Below, one piece after another: positions 26,235 to 38,740 of a stretch of 64,000 bases of DNA. The position numbers were made by a program, and so were the translations under genes. Below the pieces are notes generated by a model, which saw only the letters and a list, made by a program, of their open reading frames with translations, was not told the DNA's origin and ran no database searches. The stretch spans positions 24,118,001-24,182,000 of the forward strand of contig NC_043002.1 in the NCBI RefSeq assembly GCF_006345805.1, written 5' to 3'. The stretch comes from Octopus sinensis. Its lineage: Eukaryota. Position 1 is the stretch's first letter, and each line of letters starts with the position of its first letter.

Positions 26235-28232
26235 CTGAGGGCGATGACAGACACAAAAAAAAAAACATAGAGAATAAAATAAAAAAGCAGCCAGCAAAGA
26301 AATTTGTCTTCGTTTACTCAACCTATTAGAAATAAAAGCCAAATGTTTCTGAAATCACACTATGCATTACATGAAAGATACATTAAATAATATGATCCTG
26401 AGTTGAAAATATGTTTGTAGGATTATAGCTGACTTGGAGTTAAATAACAACAGTGACAAAATAACAGATCAGTTACTAAGGTAGAGATCAGCTGATAATG
26501 CAATCAGTTAGTTTGGTGGCTCGTAAATATGGCTTTCAGATTTTCTTGCAGTTTAGCTTTTCCACACTGTTCTTATAAGAAGTTATTATATGAATGCACA
26601 ATGATATTTAACACATTTGTGTAAACTCAAATATGGGAAGACCTGTCACTATGGAAATAGTCTCGGGGAAATTTTTCCTCTTACAGATGTAAAAATACAT
26701 TGGGCTATAAATGATGGCATTGAATCATAATCATTTAACATCTGCTTTCCATGCTGGTATAGGTTGGACAGTTTGACAGGAGCTGGCAAGCCAGAGCGCT
26801 ATACCAGCTCCAGTTGTCTGTTTTGGCATGGTTTCAACAGCTGGATGCTCTTCCTAATGCCAACCATTTTACAGAATGTAAGGAGTGCTTTTATATGGCA
26901 CCAGCATGTGAATGGTAAGGTATAGTCTAATGGTGATTTAGCTTTTGTTTCTATCAGTGACTATGTTGTGTATGCTATGTCCATTTTTATAACTGCTTAG
27001 ATGGTGTTCATTGTCTTGAACATCCTCTTTAATTTCTATGTAACAGAGTAAGTGATATTGTGCACTCAATACTGGCCACCCATTTTTGGCATCACTCCCT
27101 ATCCATGGTAAAGTCTACTGCCTCATTAAATCTAATATTGTATCTTACTCATTATCTTCAGAAATATGTCTTTGAAAATTTGATGTAGTTATTTATTGAC
27201 TGGTTGGTTAGTAGTTGTAATTAGCATTATGGTTGGTTAATGTAATGCCTAGTAGATGTCACGGGTCAGTTGGCACTGTGGCTAATTAATGCAACTGGTT
27301 AGTTAATGTTGTGGTCAAATGAATACAGTAGCTAATGGATATTACTGGTCAGCTGCTATTGTGGCCAGTTAATGTGACTGGCTTGTTAGTGTTGTGGTGA
27401 AGGTAATGTAATGGTCAATTAAATTACTAGACAGTTGGTATTGTGGCTTGTTAATAGAATATGTACCCTTCCAACATGAAGAGTACAATTCACACAGTGG
27501 TCTCTTAACTGTAGAGGTTAAGTAGTACAAGGGTCAATAAGGTTGGTGGTGATATAACAGGGCTTAGAATGAAGGTACCTAATATACAGCTGGGTAGATT
27601 GCAGTAATAGAGTGTCTTGGGCAAGTGCACACAGTACAATGGTTGAAGCAGGACATGGAGGTATCAGTTATACAGCTAGGCAGACTACAATAAGTAGTGT
27701 GTTTTGTCTGAAGAGACACAACACAATGGCTCAAGCAGGAAGTATTGCTACCTCTTATGTAAGCAAGGTAGATTATGGCAAATAGTGTCTCATTTAAGGA
27801 GATATAACACAATGGGTGTAGCAGGTCGCAGTGGTATCTGTTATACAGTTACATAAGTTATGGTAAGTAAAGTGCTTTGTTTAAGGAAACACAACACAAT
27901 CACTGTAGAAAGGAGATTGTTATAAGTAGTGTTTTATCTAAGAAGACAAGTGGTAAGTGAAGTTAACAGTGGGATGTGGAAAAATTATCAGTGTTGTTGT
28001 ATCACTGAATAATGGGTGCTTGGATTAAGTTGTGCCACATTCCTACTAAATAAATTCTATTAACTCTTTCAAATCAGTCCAGCAGTTAAATATTGGAGAG
28101 AAGATTAAAAAAAACATCACAATTTTTCCAGCTACAATATAGAGATGACTTTGCAATAAACCTTGTAAACTGATTGTCGATGGTTGGAAGGAGAAAATGT
28201 TGAGGTGTAATAGAATGGTAGCAGTGCTTCAC

Positions 28233-28384
28233 CTGTGCAGTATGTCGTGCCTTTACGATCTCTGAGAAATCTCTGAAATCATCATCATCTTGTTGTGAAG
28301 ATGTTTTCTCAGCCTTTTCTAGGACATCAGCTTCCTTGTTACAACAGGTTGTCTCCTCTTCCTCAATACTGGTCTTGCACTGTT
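28233..28384 (-). CDS. BRIP1: FANCJ variable-insert exon (QCKTSIEEEETTCCNKEADVLEKAEKTSSQQDDDDFRDFSEIVKARHTAQ)
   Basis: TAG acceptor, CAG|GTGAAG donor, 152 nt, phase 1 to 0 links the flanking exons. Confidence 0.75.
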
Positions 28385-29551
28385 CTATAGAAACAGTAAG
28401 ATAACAACAACAGTTGCATTAGTGTTAATATATTCAAAGTCCAGGGCATTAAAAAAACTATTGAGAAATTAAAATGCAATGAGTTTAATGACTATTACTG
28501 GTAATTTCATTTTTTTAAGCAAATATAGGAGACAACTCTAGATAGGTTCTGATCTTATTCTGACCTCATCAGTAAAGCATACCCTTCACTATACAAACTG
28601 ATATAATGATGAACGAATTATTAAGTAAATGTACAAGATTGCACAGTGAGCCAATGATGGAAGCTCTACAGGGTTACCTGATCTGCCAGAAATAGTCAAA
28701 TCAACATCAAATCAGGAAGAACACATTGAATAAAGCAGTTTTGAACTTAAAAAGGTAAGATGGTCACAGTTGGAATCTGTGATTGCAGATCTGTTGTATC
28801 ACAATTAGCTTGGGGCTAAACAACAAAACTGTACATTGACTGACTAGTATAGAAATAGAATTTTTTTTAAATGACATGGAAAAACCATCTGCATGAATAG
28901 TTAGTGATAACATACTTATAAGGAGCATTAAAAAGATGATCATTACCATCATCATCCTTCAATGTCCACTTTCCATGCTGGCATGGGTTGGATGGTTTGA
29001 CTGAGGACTGGCGAGCCAGATGGCTGGACCAGGCTCCAATTTGATCTGGCAGTTTCTACAGCTGGATGCCCTTCCTAAAGCCAACCACTCCGAGAGTGTA
29101 GTGGGTGCTTTTTACGTACCACCAGCACGAGGGCCAGTCCAGTGGTACTGGCAACGGCCACGCTCATCTGTATATATAAAAGGCAGGATGTGTGTGTGTG
29201 TACGTGTATGTGAATGTAATTTATGCACATCCACAAATTAGCCCGCATGTCGCTCCAATTTTAGGAAGACATTCGTCAACTTATTTTCCCCAGAGGCACC
29301 AGCGAATAGCAGTAAAAATAAATTTTCAACCAAAACTTTTAATAATTTTCAAGTCAGAGAAATCACCATTGTTTGCAGACAGGAGTTAAGTCTCCTTCTA
29401 GCGACGAGTAAGTTTTTGTTAAGACTTTTGTTGGGTTTTTTTCCATCAAGGAAAAAAGTGTTTTGTTGATATATGGGCAACACACACACACGAACATGCA
29501 TGCATTCCAAAAACATGTATGCAATAGGTGTATGTACATACGTATGTGTTG

Positions 29552-29607
<56 letters not shown>

Positions 29608-30554
29608 ATCAATCTCACATTAACTATGCCAAATTTCTTGTTCAACTTTCAGATGTGCATTACCTCCCATCATACTTAATCCCTTCCAAGTAATCTCCCT
29701 TGTTTTAACTACGGAAAGTTCTTGATTTTTCTTTGTGCATATATCCAAGACAAAAATGAAATTTGTGCAAACCAATGAGAATGTGTTCACGTTAATATTG
29801 CTACTTTTTTTTTTTTAACTTCATTCTAATATGGCAACCTGAAAAACTGTCCCTTTCGCACAAGAAAACTGTAACTAGTTGCCAGTGTGGGTTTCAGCTG
29901 ATGAAATGAAATTATACATACACATAACTTAATTTTGTTTGGTAACTATTAACAGTTTCCCTGTTGGCATAAAAAATTTTTAAAAAAAAACTTTTCTCTC
30001 AGCTGCCACTACAATAAACACACACACGTTCGCATTTTGGTACAAGTTAAGAAGCTTGCTTCCCAACCATGTGGTGTTGGGATCAATCCCACTGCATGGC
30101 CTCTTTGTCAAGTGTTTTCTACTACAACTCCAGTTTCTGTCTACCAAATCTACTCACAAGTAGATTTGGTAGACAGAAACTGAAAGAAGCCCGTCATACA
30201 TATAAGCATGCGTGTGTATCTGTGTGGAGTCTTGTCTTGGCAGCATGTGAGGATTTGTAAAAGAGCATCACTTTCATATTGGCAATCTTGTTCATTTCCA
30301 AACTTATATTTCCCAGTGTTGGGAAATATTACGCTGCTTGCAAATAGGTGAGGGTTGGTGACAGGAAGGGTATCTAGCTGTAGAAAATCTGCCTTAACAA
30401 ATTCTGTCTCACCCATACAAGCATAGAAAAGTGGACATTAAGTGATGGTGATAATGATTTATAAACACATTGTGCTATTATAGTCTCCATCTACAAAATT
30501 TCGTTCACAAAACATTGGTCAACAAAAGTATACATAAGAATGATAATAATGATG

Positions 30555-30601
<47 letters not shown>

Positions 30602-30602
<1 letters not shown>

Positions 30603-30780
30603 TTTATTTAAAGCAGCAGAAAATTCCACAAAACCTGTTACCCTGAGTTTCCCGGCAACAGGAAACTCAGAGTAACAGGTTTTGTTGAATTTTCTGCTGC
30701 TTTAAATAAAGCATATTACTCTACCACTGGTATTTGAGTACTCTTTTTTCCACCTTGTTTCACATTTATGTGTTTACTCT

Positions 30781-30782
<2 letters not shown>
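30602..30782. repeat. 51-bp inverted repeat plus unique tail, inserted in (TA)n; probable Penelope-type relic
   Basis: Arms 30602-30652 and 30661-30711 differ at 2 positions; (TA)n on both flanks; the Penelope assignment is inference. Confidence 0.75.
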
Positions 30783-30820
<38 letters not shown>

Positions 30821-31029
30821 TCAATGAAATTCCAATTAAGTATGATTTTCATGTTTTATCATTTGCAATTTCTACAATTTTATAATATTGAAAGAAACTA
30901 GTACTTTCATGTGTTACGCAATCATAGATGAAATTACCCATGGTTTCATGTGCTAGGATTGAAACCAGAATTATGTGGTTGTGATGCAAAATTTTTACCC
31001 ACAAACCAATACCTGTGCCCAAACAAAGA

Positions 31030-31345
31030 ATAATGTCGCACTTTTCAAGCCTAGCCAGGTTCATGGGCTCGGTTTCCCGGTTTCTGTGGCGTATGTGTTT
31101 CCCCCAGCTGGACGGGACGCCAGTCCATTGAAGCGTTACTCAAGAAATAGGAAGAGAGAGTGAGAGAAAGTTGTGACAAAAGAGTACATCAGGGGTCACC
31201 TCCAATCCCCCACCCCCTGCCGGAGCCACGTGGAGCTTTTAGGTGTTTTCGCTCAATAAACACACACAGCGCCTGGTCTGGGAATCGAAACTGCGATCCT
31301 CCGACCACGAGTTCGCTGCCCTAACCACTGGGCCATTGCGCCTCC
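31030..31345 (-). mobile_element. tRNA-derived SINE of a further family
   Basis: Head GGAGGCGCAATGGCCCAGTGGTTAGGGC...GTTTCGATTCCC. Confidence 0.75.
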
Positions 31346-31520
31346 CAAACAAAGAATAGGGAACTGAATTCAATTGAGCAAGCCACTGGCCATAAAAGAA
31401 AATTAGATGAAGGTTGCAAACCTTGGAGGTTAGGGATGTAGGGCAGGGATTATACAAAAACTAAAATGAAAAAAAAAGAGAAAAATATTTGATAAAAAAA
31501 TCAAAAGAAACATGACTTAC

Positions 31521-31610
31521 TCTTAGAGTTTTTCTTATTTGTCTTCTGTTTTGGTTGGAGATGGTATGTATGATGGTAACGATGTGGATCCCAGCAAAAC
31601 TCACAGATAT
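31521..31610 (-). CDS. BRIP1: Candidate FANCJ cassette exon (DICEFCWDPHRYHHTYHLQPKQKTNKKNSK)
   Basis: Pyrimidine tract plus CAG acceptor, GTAAGT donor, 90 nt, open in the required phase (1 to 1); no recognisable homology. Confidence 0.55.
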
Positions 31611-32724
31611 CTGAAGAAAAGAAATAAACAAGTCCCTTTTTTAGATTATATATCGCTTTTCCTTATCACTGTTGAGTAACCCCAATTAGTCCATGACAAG
31701 TGTACATTGGAATTGTCAGGGTTCGATTTGGTTTGTGAGGGAAGTAATGTATTAGTGAGGACATACTGTATAAGGTTTAGTTAGCAGTGGGGTCTTGTAT
31801 GGAATGTAGTGTGGTAGGTAGTCAGATCATGTTACCTAGTCTAAAACACGGTAGAGACTGTTTTTACTGTTGTCATGATAGTGGTTCATGAGGTAGATCA
31901 AACTGACGTATGGATACGTGGTGATAATGGATAATTAGGTAGCTACAATGGAGGTTGCCATTTAGCTGAGCCCCAGGTCAACCCTGGTCAAGTAGACTGA
32001 TGATCAAAAGACATTTCAGCCAATACTATCCTATCTTTCTTTCAGAAACACTGTATTTAACATCATATTATCCAATGTATTTTTCTTTTTTAAGAAGGAT
32101 GTGATCTGAAGATTTGTCTGCTATTTCTAACAAGTAAAACAATTATGCAGAGCTTCACTCATTAATTTGAAAAAGCAGAGGTAGATTATAATGGCATTGA
32201 CACGTGATGATGGTAGGCAGTAATGGAATAGAAGTAGGTCATGCTGGTTGATAGAGATGACAGCAGTGGGTGGTAACTACAGTCGATATCTATACTACAT
32301 GGTAGTACAGATATCAACCACCAATCACCATGGTCACCACTATGATCTAAAAGCACTATTGTCAAACAATACCAACAGTGGTGCATCCACTCTGAATCAA
32401 TTCAGATTTAATCTCTCTCTAGTGTACAAAGACGCTTAGAGCAAATGACCCTGATGGAACCTACAGCTCTCAAAGCTCTATTACCTGTAAGAGGAGTTGA
32501 AACCAGCACTACTTACCACATTTACAGTACTGCTGCCACTGCTTACAACAGTGATTCTCTCATCTCTTTCCGTCATTTATACTCCATCAGATTTATGTAT
32601 TTTGCAATTTATCCCTGCAATTTATCATGATTTCATTACACTGCATCTCTCTGCTGTTATGTAATATATGTATGACTTCTCTCAGGTCCTGACATATTTG
32701 CACCCTGTCACATAGATTTTTATC

Positions 32725-33280
32725 CTCAGGGAGCAAATATAGTAGTAGAGTACAGGAGGCGGTCGAAAAAGCCATCTTCTATATATGGCTGAAGCGGGAA
32801 GACCGAAAATGGCTTGAAAGTCATAAACACGCCGATGGGAAATAACATCATTAGGTGAGACAAGCTGACTGAATCAGCTTCGCTGACCGACAGGTGACGG
32901 TCGTTTAGAAAAAGCGCGGGCTAAAACTACGCGCCTTCACTAGTCAGTTAATGTGAGACAGTGTCACGTGACAACTTGCTGGGGCTGCCTGCTGGAGCCT
33001 ATATGGCAGGTATTTAAAGGGAGAAATTTGACAAGACAGTCAGTCACAGGCTGACACTCGCTGACGATACATCGAAGAGGCCAGGGAACAGAAGAAAGAA
33101 GACATGCACCCAACACCAGAGCTAAAGACACCTCCAAAAGGGGGCGCCCCGCCACGTCAAAACAGTAGAGGAGTAGGGGCCGAAACCGGACGTGGTTCCT
33201 CTTGATGATGTCTTGAGCTAACTGGATCCTATAAAGGAGCTGTTGTGGTAGCAGACCACGAAACACGGTTGTAATTCCTG
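32725..33280 (+). mobile_element. 3' end of an RLE-type (HERO/NeSL-like) non-LTR element with GC-rich 3' UTR
   Basis: Encodes RVQEAVEKAIFYIWLKREDRKWLES, like the AAE.AS.WLWL.R C-terminus of these elements; CpG-rich against the background. Confidence 0.55.
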
Positions 33281-34343
33281 TTTGAGAATCACTGACTTAG
33301 AACAAGTTGTTACTCAAGCATAGGCTTAAGCTCTCTAAGTGGTCTCTCTGCTTGCTAGAACTAGCAACCATATCTCCTTCATATGACACCATACTATCTT
33401 AAAGAAGGTTGATAAGTCTCAAAAAGACAAAAATGGGATGCTTGTAGTTGGAAAACCTCCAATCTACTTAATCAGAGATGACCGAGTGCTAAGCAACAAC
33501 AAAAGCTGTTCTTATTCTGTGGTATTTACATTTAGGTAGGTGGACTGAGCTAATTATGAATTAAATTTCTTGACCAGAGATACAACACAATGTAGTTAAC
33601 AGGATATGAAACAGCAACCTCTTGACTGTCTCTACTCCCACTACTAATACAACAATAGCGGAAAATATATAAATAATTCTTACTTTTCTGGTTTTCCTTA
33701 TTCAATATTTCAATTTTAGCTGCAACAAAGAAAAAAAAAACGATAATGTTGATGTTAATGTTTCTAACAAAGGCATAAGTACAGAAATTTTGAAGGGAAA
33801 GAAACAGTCAATTATATTGACATTACTTCTTAACTGGTATGTTATTGATCCCTGAAGGATGAAAAGCAAAGTTGGGATTTGAACTCAGAATGCAAAGTGC
33901 TAGAATAAATACTACTAGGTATTCTGTCCAACACTCTAATGATTCTGCCAATCCAGTGGCATAAAATAATGTTAATAACAAAAAGATAAATCCCGCTGTC
34001 TTAACAAGCTACACTCAAAAACATTGAGGAAAGAGTCATACTCTGTCACTGAGAGTCACTCAAACATGCTAAGAGGAGGATATATTCTAAAATCTCACAA
34101 AGCTGCTCTTAAGTAAATCATGAAAAGAGTAAGTCTTGTTTACTCATCAAGAGCGACCACTCAAACTCATCAAGTAAGGAGTCAATCATGTTATAATAAT
34201 GAGAGTAATTCAAAAGCAAAAAAAAAAGAAAAAGAAAAAACAAACACAAACCCTATTTTCTCACTGAACTCCACTTGCATAAATGAGTCAAACTACACTG
34301 TCATATATATATACACAAGAAAAAATAGAGATGATCATCTTAC

Positions 34344-34455
34344 CAGCTTCGGTTTTCTGCCAAGCTAAACTTGAACAAAGTAAGGAGAGTGTTTTACCAC
34401 TTCCAGTAGGGCTTTCCAAGAGACAGTTTAGTCTTTTGTCCAATCCACTAAGAAT
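34344..34455 (-). CDS. BRIP1: FANCJ exon with Walker A ([37 protein letters not shown])
   Basis: ESPTGSGKT motif I; AG/GT ends; 112 nt, phase 0 to 1. Confidence 0.96.
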
Positions 34456-35412
34456 CTGAGAAGGAATGAGACAAAGGGGACCAGACCCCAGCAGAAATAA
34501 TATGAAAATAAATACATTTAAAAAAAAACAATAAATTAATTTAAATAAACAACAAACAAGCCTCTGTATACATACTCAAACCTACCAAAGAAAATAGCAA
34601 ATTTCTTTCAAATCACACTTTATAATTTAAAAAGGACACAGAGGATAATGCTATTCTGGAAAAATTGTTAAATAATGGGATGGTCAAGGGTGGGACACTT
34701 TGACCAGAACTGACCAGGAGCTAAACAACACTACATATAGACGTAATGTATGTCACATTGTACAATGTTTGAAGGTGACATGGTACAGTGTATGTAGCAG
34801 GAAGTAGTAGGAACTATTTAGTTAGGTAGACTGACATAAGTAAAGTCTAAGGAATTATAGCATGTAAAAAGCACCCACCACACTCATGGAGTGGTTGGCG
34901 TTAGGAAGGGCATCCAGCTGTAGAAACACTGCCAGATAAGACTGGAGCCTGGTGCAGCCTCCTGGCTTCCCAGACCCCGGTCGAACCATCCAACCCATAC
35001 TAGCATGGAAAACGGACGTTAAACGATGATGATGATGATGACACATATGTAAATAAAGCAACTTGAAGGAACATCTCAGTTGCTTAACTTGCTGGAAATA
35101 GTCATCATATCTCCCATAAACCACACTGGACTACCATAAATAAGTAAAGGACACAAGGAAACATTAGGTGCTTCCTATTTAAAACGGTAGGAAACGTCAG
35201 ATGATGCAGACTACAGCATCTAGTGTTTCCGACCTAAAAAGTTGGGATGAAACTGTAATATCTATGCTCACAGGTCTCCTTGTCCTGAACAAGCTAGGGG
35301 TTAAACAACTAATACATAGACATATATATATACACAATGCAGAATTTATTAAATCACTAAAAAAACAACCTATAGAAAAGTAACAACAAAAGTGTTTGAG
35401 TTGATTCCTTAC

Positions 35413-35502
35413 CTTATTCATCATATCAAACTGGGAAGGGTAAGGTTTAAAAGGGAACATAACCTTATGACCCCCAATATGGTACACCTCCGTGCTTTCC
35501 AT
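35413..35502 (-). CDS. BRIP1: FANCJ/BRIP1 helicase, first coding exon (MESTEVYHIGGHKVMFPFKPYPSQFDMMNK, Q-motif)
   Basis: Resembles the BRIP1 N-terminus (IGGVKIYFPYKAYPSQ); 90 nt, GTAAG donor, phase 0. Confidence 0.95.
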
Positions 35503-35910
35503 TGTTGCTGACAGAAAGAGCCAGAAACCTTGATGAAAACAAAAACATGTTTCTGTATTAGTAAATAATTATCACAAGTAAACAGGTCCCCACAATGCTT
35601 ACATACGAATCCTAGCACATTGCTGATATTCATATTTGTATTTGAACATGTAGCTTTTAATATATAAATGTGTGTGTGCGTGTGTGTGTGTAACTGTGTT
35701 CAAGATAACGAGAGCACCTAAGTAGTTACTGATCTGCTTGAAACAACAATCAAATTTCTTTCAAATCCCACCCTACTGTCCTGATTGCACAGCGTCAGGG
35801 AAAAGTACTAGAAAAAATGGAATGGTCATGGTTGGAATACTTCTGATCATAGGTCCATACAATCTAGAACTTTCTTCAGATCTATGCAAAGAATTTTGAT
35901 TGAACAGATC

Positions 35911-36140
35911 TGGCGAGCTGGCCGAAACGTTAGCCCGCCGGGCGAAATGCTTAGCAGTATTTCATCTGCCGCTACGTTCTGAGTTCAAATTCCGCCGAGG
36001 TCGACTTTGCCTTTCATCTTTTCGGGGTTGATTAAATAAGTACCAGTTATGCACTGAGGTCGGTATAACCGACTTAATCCGTTTGTCTGTCCTTGTTTGT
36101 CCCCTCTGTGTGTAGCCCCTTGTGGGCAGTAAAGAAATAA
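35911..36140 (+). mobile_element. SINE with Meta/MESC-like central domain; copies also at 23155-23387 and 23410-23625
   Basis: GAGTTCAAAT B-box plus CCGAGGTCGACTTTGCCTTTCATC...AAGTACCAG domain. Confidence 0.85.
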
Positions 36141-37426
36141 GATCTATGATCGAAAACGATATCTCAGCTGTGATCAGCCCAACTTCATGCATGTAGGATT
36201 GCATTGCTCTTCTTCTTTTGAGACAATAAGGTATGGCTTAAAGGAAAGGCAAGTACATAGAATTTCCCTTGTTGGCTTGCATGAAGGGACTTGATTTCAA
36301 GAGTGGAAACTAACCAAATGTTCGTCAATTTCAGCATCACCTCTTAGCAGTAGTCAAACAGGAAGTGATTTCTGGCGATACAGTGAACTGATCGATAGAT
36401 AATTCAAACAAGATCGTGCAGTGTCAGTCAGTATAAAACGGATACGTAGACTCTCTTCAAGTTTAAAAGTTAGGAACTAAAAGGCAAAATGATATATTTA
36501 TCAATCGGTGTGTCTTACATTTTTAGTCAACATTTTTAGTATTCACCAAAAGACATTTTTTTTTTCTTGTGAAAAATCGGGGGAAACTGAATAATTCCAG
36601 AGAAACTAGTTATTTCGCTTTCAGATTGTCCGAATCAATCGAATACAAACAATGTTTTAAAGGGAAAATAATAAGAAAAGAAAATGTTTAACAAGTAACG
36701 CAAGCGGTAGTCATTTTGTTTCGACAGCAAATCTAAAACATGCAAGAAGGGAAGCACACAGTCGTTTCACGAGAAAACGTAATTAACATAACAGTTGGTG
36801 CATATTAGTAAACTGAAATTTAGAAACCACTATAGTCATAAAACTTCTTTAAAAAATCACACTGCCCTTAATTCTATTAAGAAAAAGACATATTTATTTA
36901 TCATTTGAATGTTTACTTATTAAAGATTATCTTAATTCGCTTGCGTACTTGCGCTCTTCTTTAGTTTAGGTTTGTAATGGAATACATTAAAAGCTACTAA
37001 GTAAATGAATGCAAAACAGGTGAGATAATTTGAAGAGAGAAGTTAATAAATTCAAGTGCCGATTCTTATAAATCTACTTACAAACCAAAAATGTCAATAT
37101 TTATATCAGAAATCCCGCCATCGTTCCCATAAAACGAGTAACCGTCCACGTGTAAACGGTGTCTAGTTCCTGTGTAATATTTATTCAGCTTCGTCTAGTG
37201 AAAAGAAACGAACCCACATAGCTAGATTTTTTTGCTTTTTATTAAACATAATTCAATCCTAAGAAATGTACTTTTTTTGGTAACGTGTAAATAAAATTGG
37301 TGGCAAAATAGTTGTAAAAAATGTATTTATATATTGGTATATTTGATCCACCACATCGCAGATGATATTTATTACTGCTAGTGTAATGTGTTGCCAAGAG
37401 AGGGCGGCAGTAGTACCAGGAGCCTG

Positions 37427-37439
37427 GTTACCAGGTAAC
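37427..37439. promoter_or_regulatory. RFX X-box GTTACCAGGTAAC
   Basis: Perfect GTNRCC-N-RGYAAC palindrome 25 nt upstream of the IFT22 ATG; a GTTGCCAAG half-site lies at 37390. Confidence 0.8.
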
Positions 37440-37464
37440 ACATCAACCACACCAAAAAAAAACC

Positions 37465-37509
37465 ATGTCGATGTTCAAAGCCAAAGTTTTACTTCTCGGG
37501 CCGATGGAA
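37465..37509 (+). CDS. IFT22: IFT22/RABL5 exon 1 (MSMFKAKVLLLGPME)
   Basis: Matches IFT22 MLKAKILFVGPCE; ACCATG start context, GTAAGT donor. Confidence 0.93.
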
Positions 37510-38324
37510 GTAAGTGCATTTGCTTAAAATAGTGTTGTTATGTCAATAAATTATCTTGATTAGGCTTAAGACCGAACCAGCGAGGGAATTGCTAGAAAGA
37601 GCAGTTAAGTCTCCTTCAAATTACACAAAACTTTCTTATGAAATGACACTCTGGATAAGTTCTGTATACACTAAGTCTGAATAAAAAAAAAAAGATGGTC
37701 ATGGTTGGAAAGTCTTTTATCATATGTTGTTACATGAAGGCTGGCCGGAGACTAAATGACAACTATTTTAAAAACTCTTGATTTTCTCACTCTGCCGTAT
37801 TTCATCTCCACCCACAAAGAAGAATATTCGAAAACTCGCAGATATTCAACGTTACATTTATTGTTGTTAACTTCAGGCTAACACTGAATAACCAGGTCTT
37901 TGATCTGAAGCGTTCCATTATTGACCACTACATCTTTTCGTTTACAAGCACAGCATTAACCATTGTGTCCATTTTAAAGATGGTAAGAGGTGGTTTGAGG
38001 GAGATTTGGCTGCTATAAGACTTAGTTACTCCTTCGTTTGCATTGTTCGACATCTGTTACCTCTACCCCGCCATTGAAATATCCACAACTTTGTTTTACT
38101 AACTTCAGAAAATAGAACATAAACTGGGCAAGAAAATGTCCAAACTACATTATGGGGATTAGTGTTGGTGTTCTTTAGCCCAAGGTCAGCCCTAATCAAG
38201 CAGACCTATGACCAAGGACCTTCTATCGTGATCACCCTGTTTTTCATCCAGACATATCTTGGACTACATTTCAAATGTATCATTTTGCAAGACAGATTAA
38301 AGAGAGAGTTGGATCTGCTATAAA

Positions 38325-38740
38325 CAATGTCAGATTTTCCTGATGTGATCAGTCTGGTGTGCTTTTGATCAGATGTCAGAAGATATGGTACCCAGCAAGC
38401 AAAAACCTTTGTCATGCCAAGTTCATTGTGCAGAATATTCTCAACTCTCTTGATTTATAGTCACCATGTGGTGAACACAATGTTTTTCATGGTGGTGGCA
38501 GTTGTAGGACATCCAGACCTTGAGTCATCTTCAAGACTCTCCCTTCTCCTAAATCTAACTGCCCACTTTTACACTGTTACCAAAGCTGAAGTCTTCTTTG
38601 AACAGTCAGATATCAGTTTGCATGGAAAGAAACAATGCAGTTATTAATAAGAAGAGTTGAAATTAATGCATGCAAGATTTCACAGCTCTAGCATCACTCC
38701 TTCATAGTCAGCCTACAAACTTTTCAGCCCACCCTTATAA
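38325..38740 (-). mobile_element. Mariner fragment
   Basis: WVPYLLTSDQK (WVPHEL-like) and a TIR-like end. Confidence 0.7.

Noticed and set aside
33234-33279. Hammerhead at the end of the HERO-like UTR
   Set aside because: The core reads CTGTTG, lacking the required A residues of CUGANGA
35413-35502. Identification as RTEL1, DDX11 or XPD
   Set aside because: IGG.KV.FP, FGTRTHKQI, KIWSG and WCLNP fit FANCJ best
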